64,000 nucleotides of DNA from Glaucostegus cemiculus (Eukaryota): the NCBI GenBank assembly GCA_976551045.1, contig CDPCPM010000114.1, forward strand, positions 11,346,001-11,410,000. Reading direction: 5' to 3'. The position numbers and the translations under genes are program-made. This document shows, in pieces, positions 52,298 to 64,000 of the stretch. Numbering within the stretch: the stretch's first letter is position 1; the number at the start of each line of letters is the position of its first letter. The notes beneath the pieces were generated by a model. That model was given only the letters and a program-made list of their open reading frames with translations, searched no databases and was not told the origin of the DNA.

Positions 52298-52450
52298 TAT
52301 TGTTTTCCTGAATCTCCTCATGTTCACAAGTACAAGAAGTCATAGCTTCAGTCTCCATTGTTACTGTCTGTGAAGAACCAGGGACGGCACCAGTCAGTAT
52401 AATTTCTATTGCTTTTTCTGTTCTTTGTCTAGCTTGGCACTGGATCACAG
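52298..52450 (-). CDS. CFAP47: CFAP47 coding exon 3 of 7
   Basis: Acceptor ttttccacag|, donor |gtaagt; 153 nt (2+50 codons+1). Translates (A)VIQCQARQRTEKAIEIILTGAVPGSSQTVTMETEAMTSCTCEHEEIQENN; phases fit both neighbours. Confidence 0.85.
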
Positions 52451-52579
52451 CTGTGGAAAACAACATTCATATTTTTAGATTTTAGGGGCTTGATCAGCAA
52501 TTTTAACAGTACATTCAAAAATCTTTGCAATTCTTGGATATGAGTATTTTATGGCACTGTTTAGATGTGCTTAAGTCAA

Positions 52580-52960
52580 CCACAACAACCTGAATTCATA
52601 TTAAAATTGTAGCATCATAAAATGTTCCAAAGCACTTCACATAAATCCTATCACCAAACAAGATTTATCATCAAACGATATAAGAAGATATTAGGGCAAG
52701 CTGACAAAGGAATGAACAAAATCTTTGAGCATCTTGGAGGTGCAGAAAGACTGAGAAAGGCAAATAAATAGAGGGAGATAATTCTGGAGTTTAGGGCCTG
52801 ACCTGTTGACCAATGATAGAGTAATAAAAATCTGGGAAGGGTAAGTCCTAGGTTCGTGAAACAGCAGAGATCTCAGATTGTGGGGTTGGAGGAGAAATGA
52901 GGCCATGAAATGATTTGGAAACAAAAGGGAGAACTTCAAAATCAATGTGTTGCTGGAAAC
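52580..52960 (-). mobile_element. old L2-type LINE 3' fragment (similar piece at about 63150-63340)
   Basis: caacaacctgaattcatat..aaaatgttccaaagcacttcaca..aagaagatattaggg..ctgacaaa resembles the remembered L2/Deu-SINE 3' end. Confidence 0.45.
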
Positions 52961-52968
52961 ATTATAGT

Positions 52969-53619
52969 TGGTATTGGTACTGGTTTATTATTGTCACTTG
53001 TACCGAGGTATAGTGAAAAGCTTGTCTTACAAACCGATCATACAGGTCAATTCATTACACAGTGCAGTTACATTGAGTCAGTACAGCGTGCATTGATGTA
53101 GTACAGGTAAAAACAATAACAGTACAGAGTAAAGTGTCACAGCTACAAAGAAAGTGCAGTGGTATTGGTATTGGTAGTGGTATTGGTTTATTATTGTCAC
53201 TTGTACCGAGGTACAGTGAAAAGCTTGTCTTACAAACCAATCGTACAGTGCAATAAGGTGCAAGGTCACAACAAGGTAGATCGTGAGGTCATAGTCCATC
53301 TCATTGTATAAGGGAACCGTTCAATAGTCATATCACTGTGGGGTAGAAGCTGTCTTTAAGTCTGGTGGTACGTGCCTTCAGGCTCCTGTATCTTCTACCT
53401 GATGGAAAAGGAGAGAAGAGAGAATGTCCCAGGTGGATGGAGTCTTTGATTATGCTGGCTGCTTCACCAAGACAGTGAGAAGTATCAAGGAGGGGAGGCT
53501 GGTGTCCGTGATGCGCTGGGCTGTGTCCACTACTCTCTGTAGTTTCTTGCGGTCCTGGGCAGAGCAGTTGCCATACCAAGCTGTGATACATCCAAATAGG
53601 ATGCTTTCTATGGTGCATT
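52969..53619 (-). mobile_element. Rex1/Babar-type LINE 3' fragment with a nested short copy of itself
   Basis: SIIKDSIHLGHSLFSPFPSGRRYRSLKARTTRLKDSFYPTVI; (ccaata)n tail; the terminal ~80 nt are present twice. Confidence 0.88.
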
Positions 53620-54509
53620 GTTGGGGAATTTGTTCCCCTTCAGCTGAGAGTAATATTCTTTAGTTTTACTGCTCTGGACAAGAGAAAATATCTTGTAATA
53701 TGAAGACTTCAATTCACAGCAATCAATTATTAGAATTCTTCATTTACTGCAAAATGGGATTATCACAGATTACCATCTAACTGGTTCAGCCATCCAACAA
53801 CTAGTCCAGTTGATTCTTCTTGAAAACACTTAACATCTGGATGGGAATTGGCTCTGATGGAACTTCAGTGATCAGCAATTAAATCAGGCTGTGAGGCAGC
53901 ATGCCTTTACGTTCAAAGAATACTTAGTGTATGTCTACTTCCTATGGGGGCTGAAGAAGATCTCATGTGAGTCACCTTTCATTTTATAACTTCTATCAGT
54001 GAATGAAATTGGTCAGATGTTTTGAATTGAAAATAACATATGCATTGTATAGTTTATTACATCTTAGAGACTGAAAATGTGGTAGATGTGGTTCTTGCAT
54101 ATTAATATTAAGTAAAGTTGTTACTTTAAGGATGATGGAGTTGCTGCTCCTTTAGAACACAAGTCACATGTTTAACCATGGCTACAGTTCAGTTGCAGTT
54201 GCAACTATCACAAACAAAGTTTATAGTTTCTTGCAGTTCCATTAATGAAACAGTGGCTATTTCATGGGCACCATAGTGCATTTAAGGTTCAATTGTTGTA
54301 CCTTTGAAATAGAACAATATGTTTTGGTTCACAGAAAAACTAAGAGAATTTTTCCTCTTTCTTTGATTTGCCACTACAATTTTGCAGGAGATTGGGAGAA
54401 ACCAAGTAAAAGCAGTTTTCGATAGCCATTTGCATTAGATAAAAGTCTGACCTGTATACTTATATGAATATATTGTACATAGTATTACAGATAATGAAAA
54501 CTTGGTAAC

Positions 54510-54925
54510 CATAGAGTCATGCAGCATGGAAACAGGCCCTTCAGCTCAACTGGCCTGTGCTGACCAAGGTTCTCACCTAAACTAATCCCATTTACTGGAG
54601 TTTGACCTATATCCCTCTAAAGTTTTCCTATCCATGTACCAAGTGCCTTTTAAATCTTATTAATATACCTGCCACAACCACTACCTCTGGCAGCTCATAT
54701 ACTGACCACTCTCTGGGTGAAAAAATTGCCCCTCAGGTTCCTATGAAATCTCTCCCCTCTCATCTTAAACCTATACCCTCTAGTTCTTGATTCTCCAACC
54801 CTGGGAACAAAACTGTGTGCATTCACGCTATCTATGCCCCTCAAGATTTAAACACCTCTACAAGATCACCTCTCATTCTCCTATGCTCCAATGAGAAAAG
54901 TCCCAACCTGCTCAACTTCTCTTTA
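54510..54925 (-). mobile_element. CR1 3' fragment
   Basis: catagagtcatgcagcatggaaacaggcccttc tail and the reverse complement of the ORF2 end. Confidence 0.85.
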
Positions 54926-55253
54926 GACTGATATCAATGGAATTGTTTATAAGGAGAGGAGTACAATTAAATCCAACTAGGTACATATCTAGTATCACAT
55001 TAATAACACACATTATATACTATGCTATTTACTTTGTGCTTGTATGTTTTTAGGTCTGCAATTATCTCAGAAATGTACATACCCAGTAAGAAACAATTTT
55101 CATAAAAGACAATTTCAACTGTCATTTCAGTATTTGTAAATGGTTTGAACTGCTGTCGTGTGATTTAATAGTTTGAGTTGTGTGCTGCAGTTTAACCAAC
55201 TTATAAATGATTGATGATGTGTCACTGGAAACAAATATCCTTTACTGACTTAC

Positions 55254-55348
55254 CAGGGGGCAATTTTGCTGGCAATGCTTCAGGGATACCATAAATCGGA
55301 TACAGCCATCGAATTGCAGAAATTTCACCCCTTTCCGATCTACAAAAG
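55254..55348 (-). CDS. CFAP47: CFAP47 coding exon 2 of 7
   Basis: Acceptor ttctttcctgcttag|, donor |gtaagt; 95 nt. Translates (S)FCRSERGEISAIRWLYPIYGIPEALPAKLPP, similar to the remembered CFAP47 motif WIYPIxGxP. An alternative in-frame acceptor would start the exon at 55339. Confidence 0.85.
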
Positions 55349-57569
55349 CTAAGCAGGAAAGAATTACTGCTATTTTTACAAAACATGGATCTGCATTTGG
55401 GATTTAAAAGCTCACTCCTTACCCTCTTAAACCTTATAGTTTGCAGTGCCAGCACAATTACGCTATAGTGCAGGGTGGGAGAAATTTTTCTCATTCATCA
55501 GCCAGGCACTAATCTTGTGGAACATAGCACTTCCCTGTTGTATAACCTGCCTTATTATCATCCTATTGAAATTCAACTGCCCATGCCTTCCCTAAGCATC
55601 ATCTGTCATCTTTGTCAGATATCAACAGCTCAGTTTTTTGTGCACCTTCAGAACCAGACTACTGATTTACTGGCAAAGTTAAATGAGTTTGATGACACCA
55701 CTACTATATGAAATGTTATCTGGAAGATGAGAGACAGATTAATTGGCAGTGGGAAACAAGTCATGGCCAAGGCTGGGGATCACCATGGCGTGAGCAGGCA
55801 GTTGAGCGCAAAGGGGAAAGAGAAACTGGGACTAATTAAACAGGGAATTACATGACCAGTAAAAATCTTAGCAAAAAACAATTAGATGTTCCAGAAGGGT
55901 GAATGATCTGGGGAAATAGAAAATGTGAGTTAAAATGCAGAGGAAGAATTTAAGTGGTGGTGAAAGCATGAAGGATTTTGGAAATACAGTATGGAAAGGA
56001 AATTTTGAGGGCAAAGGTGGATCAGGAAATTTGCAGATAATTGAGGGGTATTGTGAATTGGACGGGTCATAAAAAAGACATCAGAGAACAAGGATACAAA
56101 TTGAAAAGGTTGTATATGGGAGTGAAAATGAGAAAATATGATTGTAAAGTGCAGCATAAAGTGTTGGAGTGGAGAAGGGGCAACAGAATAGATATGGGAA
56201 GCATGGAATTCTGTGAAGAGGAAAGAGTAGCAAAATGAGTGGGGGTACACTGGAAATATTTGGGCACTGAAGTTACAGCAGAAAGTGTCTTGCTTTTCAC
56301 TGCATGTGCCCTTCTTTGTCCTCTGAGTTGCAATGCTTCATCCTAACATGATCTGAATAAGCCTCCTGGTTGGATTGTTGCTAATCACAAGCTGAATCAC
56401 TTCCCACCTGCAATCTACATTCCTCAATGACAAAAGATGAGAAAGAAAAATATGAAAAAAAGGTCACTGAAGGAGTTGCACTGCAAGACAATAACTCAGA
56501 GAATAAAAAAGGAAATTGACAAAAGAAGATAAGAAAACATAAAATACAACACAAAACACTCTAACTTGATTGATGAAAAGATAATGGACAATACCAGAAT
56601 GCAGAAATATATTTAAAAAAAACTATTGTTTGTCAAGACCAGCTAGAATGCGATTTAATTTTTACAGACTTTTCTGGTCACTAATGAGATCTGTATCTGC
56701 TCAGAATAGGAAACTGCAGTTTGAACAGGAGGACACCAAAGGTTTAGAATCTTGATTTTTCAAGTGATGTTTCCTCAGTTGGTGTTTACATTCAATGAGA
56801 CCCATATAATGAGTCTCAAAGTAGGAAGTGCTTGAAAGGATGTTTTTTTTGCCACGCTTCATTATTTTGAAGAAACTGGCCCCACTTGTGGATGTCTGTC
56901 TGGCAACATGTCAGAGCAGCTTTTAGCAGTCTTTCAATCTGACCATCAAAACACTGCTCCCCAATTGTCAATTTGCCATAAGATTTGAATTGATGTGTAG
57001 TACTCAGATGGTACTATCTGCTGTGATATGGACATGATTACTGAATACCCGTTTCTTTTAAAATTCTCATTTTCTTTATCTATTGATGCTGGAAAAAATG
57101 GTGATCTGCAATTTGGTTCCTTTCTCTGCCAAAATTTTGATGGTTAACTCATCCCCTGTTGACTGTCTTCCTCACCCGTTTCTATAACTTTCAGTAAATA
57201 ACAACCAGGGCACGCATTAGATACTACTGTGATTCTAATCACATCCAGAGGAAAACTATATATAGGATAAATAAATACCACGAGGTTGCTCTGTTAATGG
57301 GAGACAGAATACCCACAGTAATGACAGCAGGCTGTTCATTGTCTCCTGCAAGCTGACTTTATCTGTTCCTTCTGGGGACACACTAGCTCTTACTAAAAAA
57401 AAACAGCATTCATCATTTTCACACCATGAAAATAACATCATGCCTTTCTATTCCTCCTAAGAAAGAGATAAACCCCCTCATTTCAGACTTGTACTCCATA
57501 TACTGTATGTTTTTGCCTACTTATATAATGCATAGCCCTTTGCAGATTTTTTGTGTCCTCCCCATAACT

Positions 57570-59140
57570 TATCTACTTGCCAAACTTTGTCTTGGTCCCA
57601 TCATCTCAATGATTAATATAAATCGCTGAAGATTAGTATGTGACACCCTACTAGTTACAGTTTGCAAACCTGAAAATGAGCTATTCTCTCTCTATTTTCT
57701 GTCACTTTATCCATGAACAATCAATACCATGAGCACTCAACTTGTGAAGTAACCCTTTAAGGTGAACCTGATCCAATGTAATTTAAAAATCCAAACACAC
57801 TCTATCCACTCTTTCCTTATTCCACCCAGTGAGTTGCAATGTCAAAGAATCAAAATAAATTTGTCAATGATTTTTCATAAACCAACCTTGACTCTAACTC
57901 AATGTATAATAATTTTCTGAGTGTCCCTTTTGTCCTGTCTCAGTCATGAATTTCAACATTTCCCAGTACCTGATGTAAGGATAACTGGCCTACAGTACTC
58001 TGCATTCTCTCTCTCTTCTTGAAGAGTGATGTTCCCTTTTGAATCTGGAAAGGTCCCTGGAGTTTTCTGCTCTGCTGGGACCTTTGCTGAATCAAAAGGG
58101 AATTTTGAAAGGTCACACACAATGCAGCTCTGCAGCCAGTTCTTTGAAAACCCAAAGATACAGGCAGGGGATTGTCAGCCTTTAATCCCTTTGCTGCCTG
58201 ACCTGTTGTATACTTCCAGCATCTTCTCTTTTTTATTTTAGTTCCATTAGTTTGCCAATAACATTCTGTCAGGTAATAATGTTGCTTTTAAATTTTCCCC
58301 TCACTTTTGCCTCTCTATTTCCTCATATTTTTGCTCTGCTTTTAATGTCTTCCACTGTGAAAGCAAATGCAAAATATTGTTTTAATGTCTCTGGAATTTT
58401 CTTTTATCCCATGATTAATTCCCATTTCCACTTCTAAGGGACCAAACTTTAATTTTGTCATTCTCTTCTTTCTGACATAATGGTACAAGTTTTTCCAGTC
58501 TATTTTTATATCCTTTGCTGGTTTAGAATCATGTGCTGCTTTAACCTTCTTTACCAATCTTTTTGACATCTTTTGCTGATTTTTTAAATGTTCCTTAGGT
58601 ATACCACAGTACTTCACAACATTATAAGCCTTTCTTTTCAATCTAATTCATTCTTCAACTTCACCAGTTAGCCACAGATGGATCTTACTTCCTGGAGAGT
58701 CTTTATTCCTCAGTCTTGTTATCTTATTTCCCAAATCACTTTAGCTTACTCAATGTTGATATCGATATAACTGCCTTTATTTATTGATGCTTAAGACCTT
58801 AGTTTCAGACTTAAGTTTGCTACTAAGTGTGAATCTAATTAACAACTCACTATAATTGCCCTTGGATATGCTTATGAATTGAGTACCCATGGCTCTCTAT
58901 GAAAGAAAATTTCAGAGATTCACAAGGAAATAATTTTCCTCATCTCAGGCTTAAGCAGCCACCCCTTATTGTGAGACAATTTCCAGACACATCAGCCAGG
59001 GGATTTGGCCTCTTAACATCCACCTTATCAATTTTCCTCAGTGATTTCTTCCTAACTCTGGGACGAACCTACTCAATCTCTCCTCATGGGAAAATACCCC
59101 TCATCACAGGAATCACACCAATAAATATGCCCTGCAAAGC
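57570..59140 (-). mobile_element. degraded CR1 ORF2 fragments
   Basis: AKDIKIDWKNLYHYVRKKRMTKLKFGPL and remnants of the YRPVSLTS and GVxQG regions. Confidence 0.65.
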
Positions 59141-59260
59141 ATGTTATGCCCTGAAGATCAAAAATAAAACTGCAGATGCTGGAAACCTAAAACAAAAATG
59201 GAAAATGCTGGAACTACTCAGTAGGTTAGGTAGCATCTGTGGGAAGAGAAACAGAGTTGA

Positions 59261-59510
59261 ATTAAGACCTAAAATTTTATCGATAGTTTCAGTCTTATAA
59301 GGAGTCAGAAAAGAGGGTATAGTAGCTTTTAAAAAATTTCTAATCTGCAAATATCGAAAAAAATGTGATCTTGGCAAATTATATTTATTAGACAATTGTT
59401 CAAAAGATGAAAAACAGTTATCAATGAATAGATCACAAAAACATACTATTCCCCTCCTTTTCGACATGGAAAAAGCCAAGTCAATTCTAGGTGGGTGAAA
59501 GAAAGGTTAT
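59261..59510 (-). mobile_element. internal fragment of L1-clade LINE ORF2
   Basis: FFHPPRIDLAFSMSKRRGIVCFCDLFIDNCFSSFEQLSNKYNLPRSHFFRYLQIRNFL resembles the fish-type L1 post-RT motif SFEQL..K.NLP..HFFRYLQ.R. Confidence 0.75.
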
Positions 59511-59559
59511 AGGTCAATGATTGAATTGGAGCAGTTAGAGAGTGGCATGGACAAAAGAA

Positions 59560-60785
59560 CCTAGAACATAGAACAGTACAGCACAGGAACAGGTGATTCG
59601 GCCCAGGATGTTGTGCTGACCAATTAAACTGGTAATTAAATGCCTGACTAAACTAATCCCTTCTGCCTACACAGTATCCATATCCCTCCATTCTCTGCAC
59701 ATTCATGTGCCTATCTAAGAGTCTCTTAATGCCTCAATCACATTTGCCTCCATTACCACCCCAAGCAGTGTATTCCAGGCACCCACCACTCTCTGTGTTA
59801 AAAAATTTGCCCCGCACATCTCCCTTGAACTTACTCCCTCTCACCTTAAATGCACACCCTCTGGTTTTAGACATTTTGACCCTGGGGAAAAGATACTGGC
59901 TGCCTACTCTATGCTTCTCATAATCTTATAAACTTTTATCAGGTCTCCCCTTAGCCTCCGCTGCTCCAGAGAAAACAACCCAAGGTTCTTTAACTTCTCC
60001 TTATAGCACCTGCCCTCTAATCCAGACAGCATCCTGGTAAACCTCTTCTGCACCCTATCCAGAGCCTCCACATCTTTCCTATAATGAGGCAACCAGAACT
60101 GAATGCAATACTCCAGAGGCAGCCTATCCAGAGATTTATAAAGCTGCATTATAACTTCCTGACTCTTGCACTCAGTGCCTCGACTAGTGAAGGGAAGCAT
60201 GCCATATACCTTTTTTTACCATCCTATCAACCTGTATAGCCAGTTTCAGGGAGCTATGAACTTGGACCCCAAGACCCATGTATACACCAAAGCACAACAC
60301 CTCACATTGGGTTGGATTAAACTCCATCTGCCATTTCTCTGCCCATATCTGCATCTGATTTTTGACCCGCTGTATCCTTTGGCAGTCTTCTGCACTATCC
60401 ACAACACCAACAATCTTAGTATCATCTGTGAACTTACTAACCCACCTATCCACATTTTCATCCAGGCCATTTATATACATCACAAACAGCAGAGGTCTCT
60501 GCCCTGCAGCCTGAATAAGTCCCATCGACCACTACCCTCTGTCTTCTATGAGCAAGCCAATTCTGAATTCCAATGGTCAAGTCACCATCAATCCCATGCA
60601 TCTTAATCTTCTGGATGAGCCTGCCATGAGGGACCTTGCCAGCACTCACTACAATCCATATAGACAGCATCCACAACTCGGCCTTCATCAATCACCTTTG
60701 TAACCTCCTCAAAAAACTCAATCAGGTTAGAAAGACAAAACTTTCCCCACACAAAGCCTTGCTCACTGTCCCTAATTTGGCCATG
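59560..60785 (-). mobile_element. CR1 LINE, 5'-truncated
   Basis: KVPHGRLIQKI, KFTDDTK, WAEKWQMEFN, LEQRRLRGDLIKVYKIM; tail tgttctatgttctagg. Confidence 0.92.
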
Positions 60786-60789
60786 GTCA

Positions 60790-61420
60790 CCTTAACTCTC
60801 ACAGACAAAGAAATGTGAGAGCTCCAAAATGTAGAGGAGGAAGACATGCCAAGCAGATCAGGCTTGGGCATGTCCTCCACTCCAGGAGAGAGGAGAAAAA
60901 AATTATGAGCTAATATCATAGATAGATGACTAATACAGATGGAGAAATGAAATTACCTGAAGTTGTGGAATTCAGTGTCGAGTCCGGAAGGCCGGAATGT
61001 GCTTAGACAGAAGATGAGAGGCTGTTCCTCAAGCTTGTGTTGGACCTCACTTTGACAGTACAGGAGGTCACAAACTGATGGGTCAGAATGGGGTGGGATA
61101 GAGAATTGAAGTGGCAAGCAATGGAAAGCTCAGGGTTACCCCTGTGTTCGGTTTCTCCAATGTAAAGGAGACCACATACAATGCACTAGATTGCAAGAAG
61201 TGCAAGTCCAACTATTTCACTTAGAAACTGTTTGGATCCCCAGATGGCGGGAAGTGTTCTGTCACCTATGATTGCAAAGAAAAGTGCCATCAGAAGTGGG
61301 GTTGGTGGTGGGATTGGAAGAGTGAACCAGGGAGTCATGAAGGGGACAATTCCTGAGAAATGCTGAAAGGGGAGGAAGGGTTAAGATGTGTCTTGTATCT
61401 GGAAACTCTTTGATGGTGAC
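60790..61420 (-). mobile_element. Penelope-like element, GIY-YIG endonuclease remnant
   Basis: CGLLYIGETEHR (about 61141-61176), IACHFNS, and LLYCQSEVQHKLEEQPLIFCLSTFRPSGLDTEFHNFR*. Confidence 0.8.
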
Positions 61421-61830
61421 TCTTATCCCCTCTTAGCTACAGAGACCAAAACTACACACAGTGCTTTAGTTGTGATTTCATTTAAGCTCTGGACAGCAAG
61501 GCACATCTTCCTCTTGTACCCCAAACCCTTTGCATAAAGGTCAAATCTGCATCTGTCTTCAAAACTGCTCACCTGCAAGTTAACCTTCTGTGTTTCATGA
61601 AACAGCAAAACAACATCCCTGAGCACAAATATTTGATAGTTTTCCCTAAATTAAAACATCTGCATTATTATTTTTCCTAAAAAATTGCACAATTTCACAT
61701 TTCCTCCATTACACTTACAAAGCAGGTTTCTTTCCCACTTTTTTGAAGTCTATCATTTTGCAGACACTTTGACATGTTCTCACAGATCATCTTTTAACTT
61801 GAATGTTGAATGAATCTTGAATGTTACACT
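61420..61830 (-). mobile_element. degraded CR1 RT fragment
   Basis: HETQKVNLQV..KGLGYK remnants. Confidence 0.55.
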
Positions 61831-62022
61831 CTGGTCTTTCATCTTAATAATTCAGGTTAATCTGTTTACTTTTTCATTATTTCCTTGCATTTAATCGCCA
61901 TTGTGTGGTAATCTACAGACAGCACTCATATCATCTCATACTCACATCAATATTCTTGAATTCTTTAAACAGTTATTAAAACAAATATCTCTGCTTGCAC
62001 ATCTGATGTGCCTACATCTTAC

Positions 62023-62182
62023 CTTTTCATTTCTTGAGCTGCTACATTTGGCATAGTACAAGGCCAAGGACTTCCATCCTGCTTCTTAATTTGGACCACC
62101 ATCAGGCCCTCATACAATGTCATGTCATCTGGTGCAAATATCAAAGGAATGTCCAATTTTCCTTTTGGCGGAAGTAATATAT
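62023..62182 (-). CDS. CFAP47: CFAP47 coding exon (first of 7 in window; gene continues beyond the right edge)
   Basis: Acceptor tttgaatag|, donor |gtaaga; 160 nt (2+52 codons+2). Translates ILLPPKGKLDIPLIFAPDDMTLYEGLMVVQIKKQDGSPWPCTMPNVAAQEMK. Phase matches the next exon; resembles the remembered CFAP47 segment LPPKGxxDI. Confidence 0.85.
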
Positions 62183-63339
62183 CTATTCAAATGAATAATG
62201 TATGGCATTAGAATGTATTGTCAGAAAATCTTAAGCCCCAGAGACATGAGATGTGTAATTCACCTCTAGTAATTTCACATTTGACAAATTTAATTTAATA
62301 GATTAGATTCTGTAAATGGCTTGATGGAACAAACTGCCAACTAAAAGAAATGTGATGCATCATGCAGACAACTCAGTTGATATGCAATTTATTGCTAATG
62401 ATAAATGTAAGATTTAAGGCACACGATTAAATTTAGGGTGTTATGCAAGTATTAAATTATAAATTGCCCTGATACCACATGGGTAGAGAAATTGCATATG
62501 CATGAAATTGCAAATCTTTGCTATATCTTTACAAAGATATGACATGGTTCAATATTCTTTTTAACGTGTAAATGTGCTCTGAGGAGGACAAAGAGATGAT
62601 GTATTGAAATATTAGCTGGAGTATATTAAAACTTTTCCAGTGAATTGCCCTTCACATGCAAAACCATTCACGTAAACATATTCTATGCAAAATATTAGAT
62701 GAAAAGTTCTCATTGGATGAGTCAAAGGTCATTACTTCTTCAGCAAAGTTGGCCTCAAGCTTCTTGTGTCTGCTGTTTAATCATTTTAGTTGTCAATGAG
62801 TAGGAGGTCAAGTTTGGGAGAAGGTAAGTGGTATGTTGGACAGTGTAGAGATTGTGGTTGAGGAAGATCTGAGGTTATGGATGCTAGGCTTGAGAGCTGG
62901 CCATCTCAGAGGCAGCTGGGGATCTCAGGAGGGAAGTTGGTCAGGTCCAGAGACAGTGTGGGCTGGGTGACATGGGACCATTAATGATCAGTGGTGTGGT
63001 TCATGGATATGTTATCATTATTCTATGAGGTTTTTTTTGTCCTCTGAGTATACCTGCAATGGCAACGGCAACATTAGAACAAAGTAAAATTGAAAAATGT
63101 TTGCAAGAAGATATTAAGGCCCTTGGTATGATGAAACATTTTATCTAAAAAGAATGCTTAATGTAGCAGCACCACATTTGTTACTTCACAACAGCATAAG
63201 AAAGCAAAAACTTACATCAGAGTTGAACTATTAGGGGAGCTAACCAAAAGAAGTACACTTAACATGGGCATTTCAAAGCACAAAGAGGAGATTTAGAGGC
63301 AGAGGGTTTAAAGAGAAATTTCCACAGCTTACAGTCCTG

Positions 63340-63565
63340 GTAAAGACCTGGTAAATGTATTATGTGGGAAAATGTAAAATTGTCCATTTTGGGAGGAAAA
63401 ATGGGAAAAAAATCTTATTATCTAAATGGTGAAAGATTGCAAGAAGGAGGGATTTAGTTGTCTGAGTCACATTTGGTTCCTGTGCAGATGCACCAAATAA
63501 TTAAAAAACCTAACAGAATGTCATCAATTATTGCTTGGGGAATTCATTATAAAAGTGGGGAGAAA
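63340..63565 (+). mobile_element. degraded CR1 RT fragment
   Basis: tatgtgggaaaatgtaaaattgtccattttgggaggaaaaat..tattatctaaatggtgaaagattgc (KCKIVHFGRKN..YYLNGERL). Confidence 0.6.
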
Positions 63566-64000
63566 ATAAATATTAAAAACTGTAGGCACTGGAAATAAAA
63601 ACAGAAAATGCAAGAATTGCTCAGCAGGTCAGTTAGCATCTGTGGAAAGAAAAGCAGAGTTCACACTTCAGATCACTGGGAAAGAGAGAAAACAGGTTAG
63701 TTTTAAGTGGCAGAAAGGGTGGGGTAGGGATGGGAAGGGTAAAGGGAATAGCTCTGATAGGATGAGGCCAGGGCTACTTTTGGAATTATGCTTGATGTAG
63801 TCATCCAGTTGATAGGTTAATGAGGACCACTAGAGAGAGAAAAACAGCATAAAGAAAACTGTGAAATGAGGATCATAAGAGAGGGAAATTACAAACAAAG
63901 GATTGTAAAAGCTGTGAAATGCAGAGTTGTAGGAAACATTCAGCAGGTCAGTTGGAACCAATGGTTAGAGAAAAACCAAGGCAGTGTTAATTGTTAGTGC

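Noticed and set aside
1-64000. Prokaryotic-style systems (CRISPR, operons, retrons) or an endogenous virus
   Set aside because: This is vertebrate intron-exon DNA. All RT motifs seen belong to non-LTR retrotransposons; I saw no regularly spaced repeat array, LTR pair or viral ORF.

Overview
This is eukaryotic, AT-rich, repeat-dense genomic DNA. The repeat set (V-SINE/HE1-type SINEs, many CR1 LINEs, Penelope-like repeats, Deu-type SINEs) points to a shark or ray. The only host gene I can support is the 3' end of CFAP47 on the minus strand. It has seven GT-AG exons (62023-62182, 55254-55348, 52298-52450, 45565-45736, 43508-43669, 39927-40095, 10976-11200) that splice in frame into about 377 aa ending at TAA 10976, and its last intron is about 28.7 kb. 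Most long ORFs in the track are retrotransposon fragments or their antisense shadows. I could not establish a new multi-gene system. The most unusual signals are a 114-bp-arm inverted repeat (about 94% identical) in a CFAP47 intron, a fossil PIF/Harbinger transposase missed by the ORF track, Penelope-type repeats with decayed hammerhead-ribozyme cores, one SINE core carrying two different LINE tails, and several nested or atypical insertions. Family names come from remembered motifs, not database searches, and repeat boundaries are approximate.
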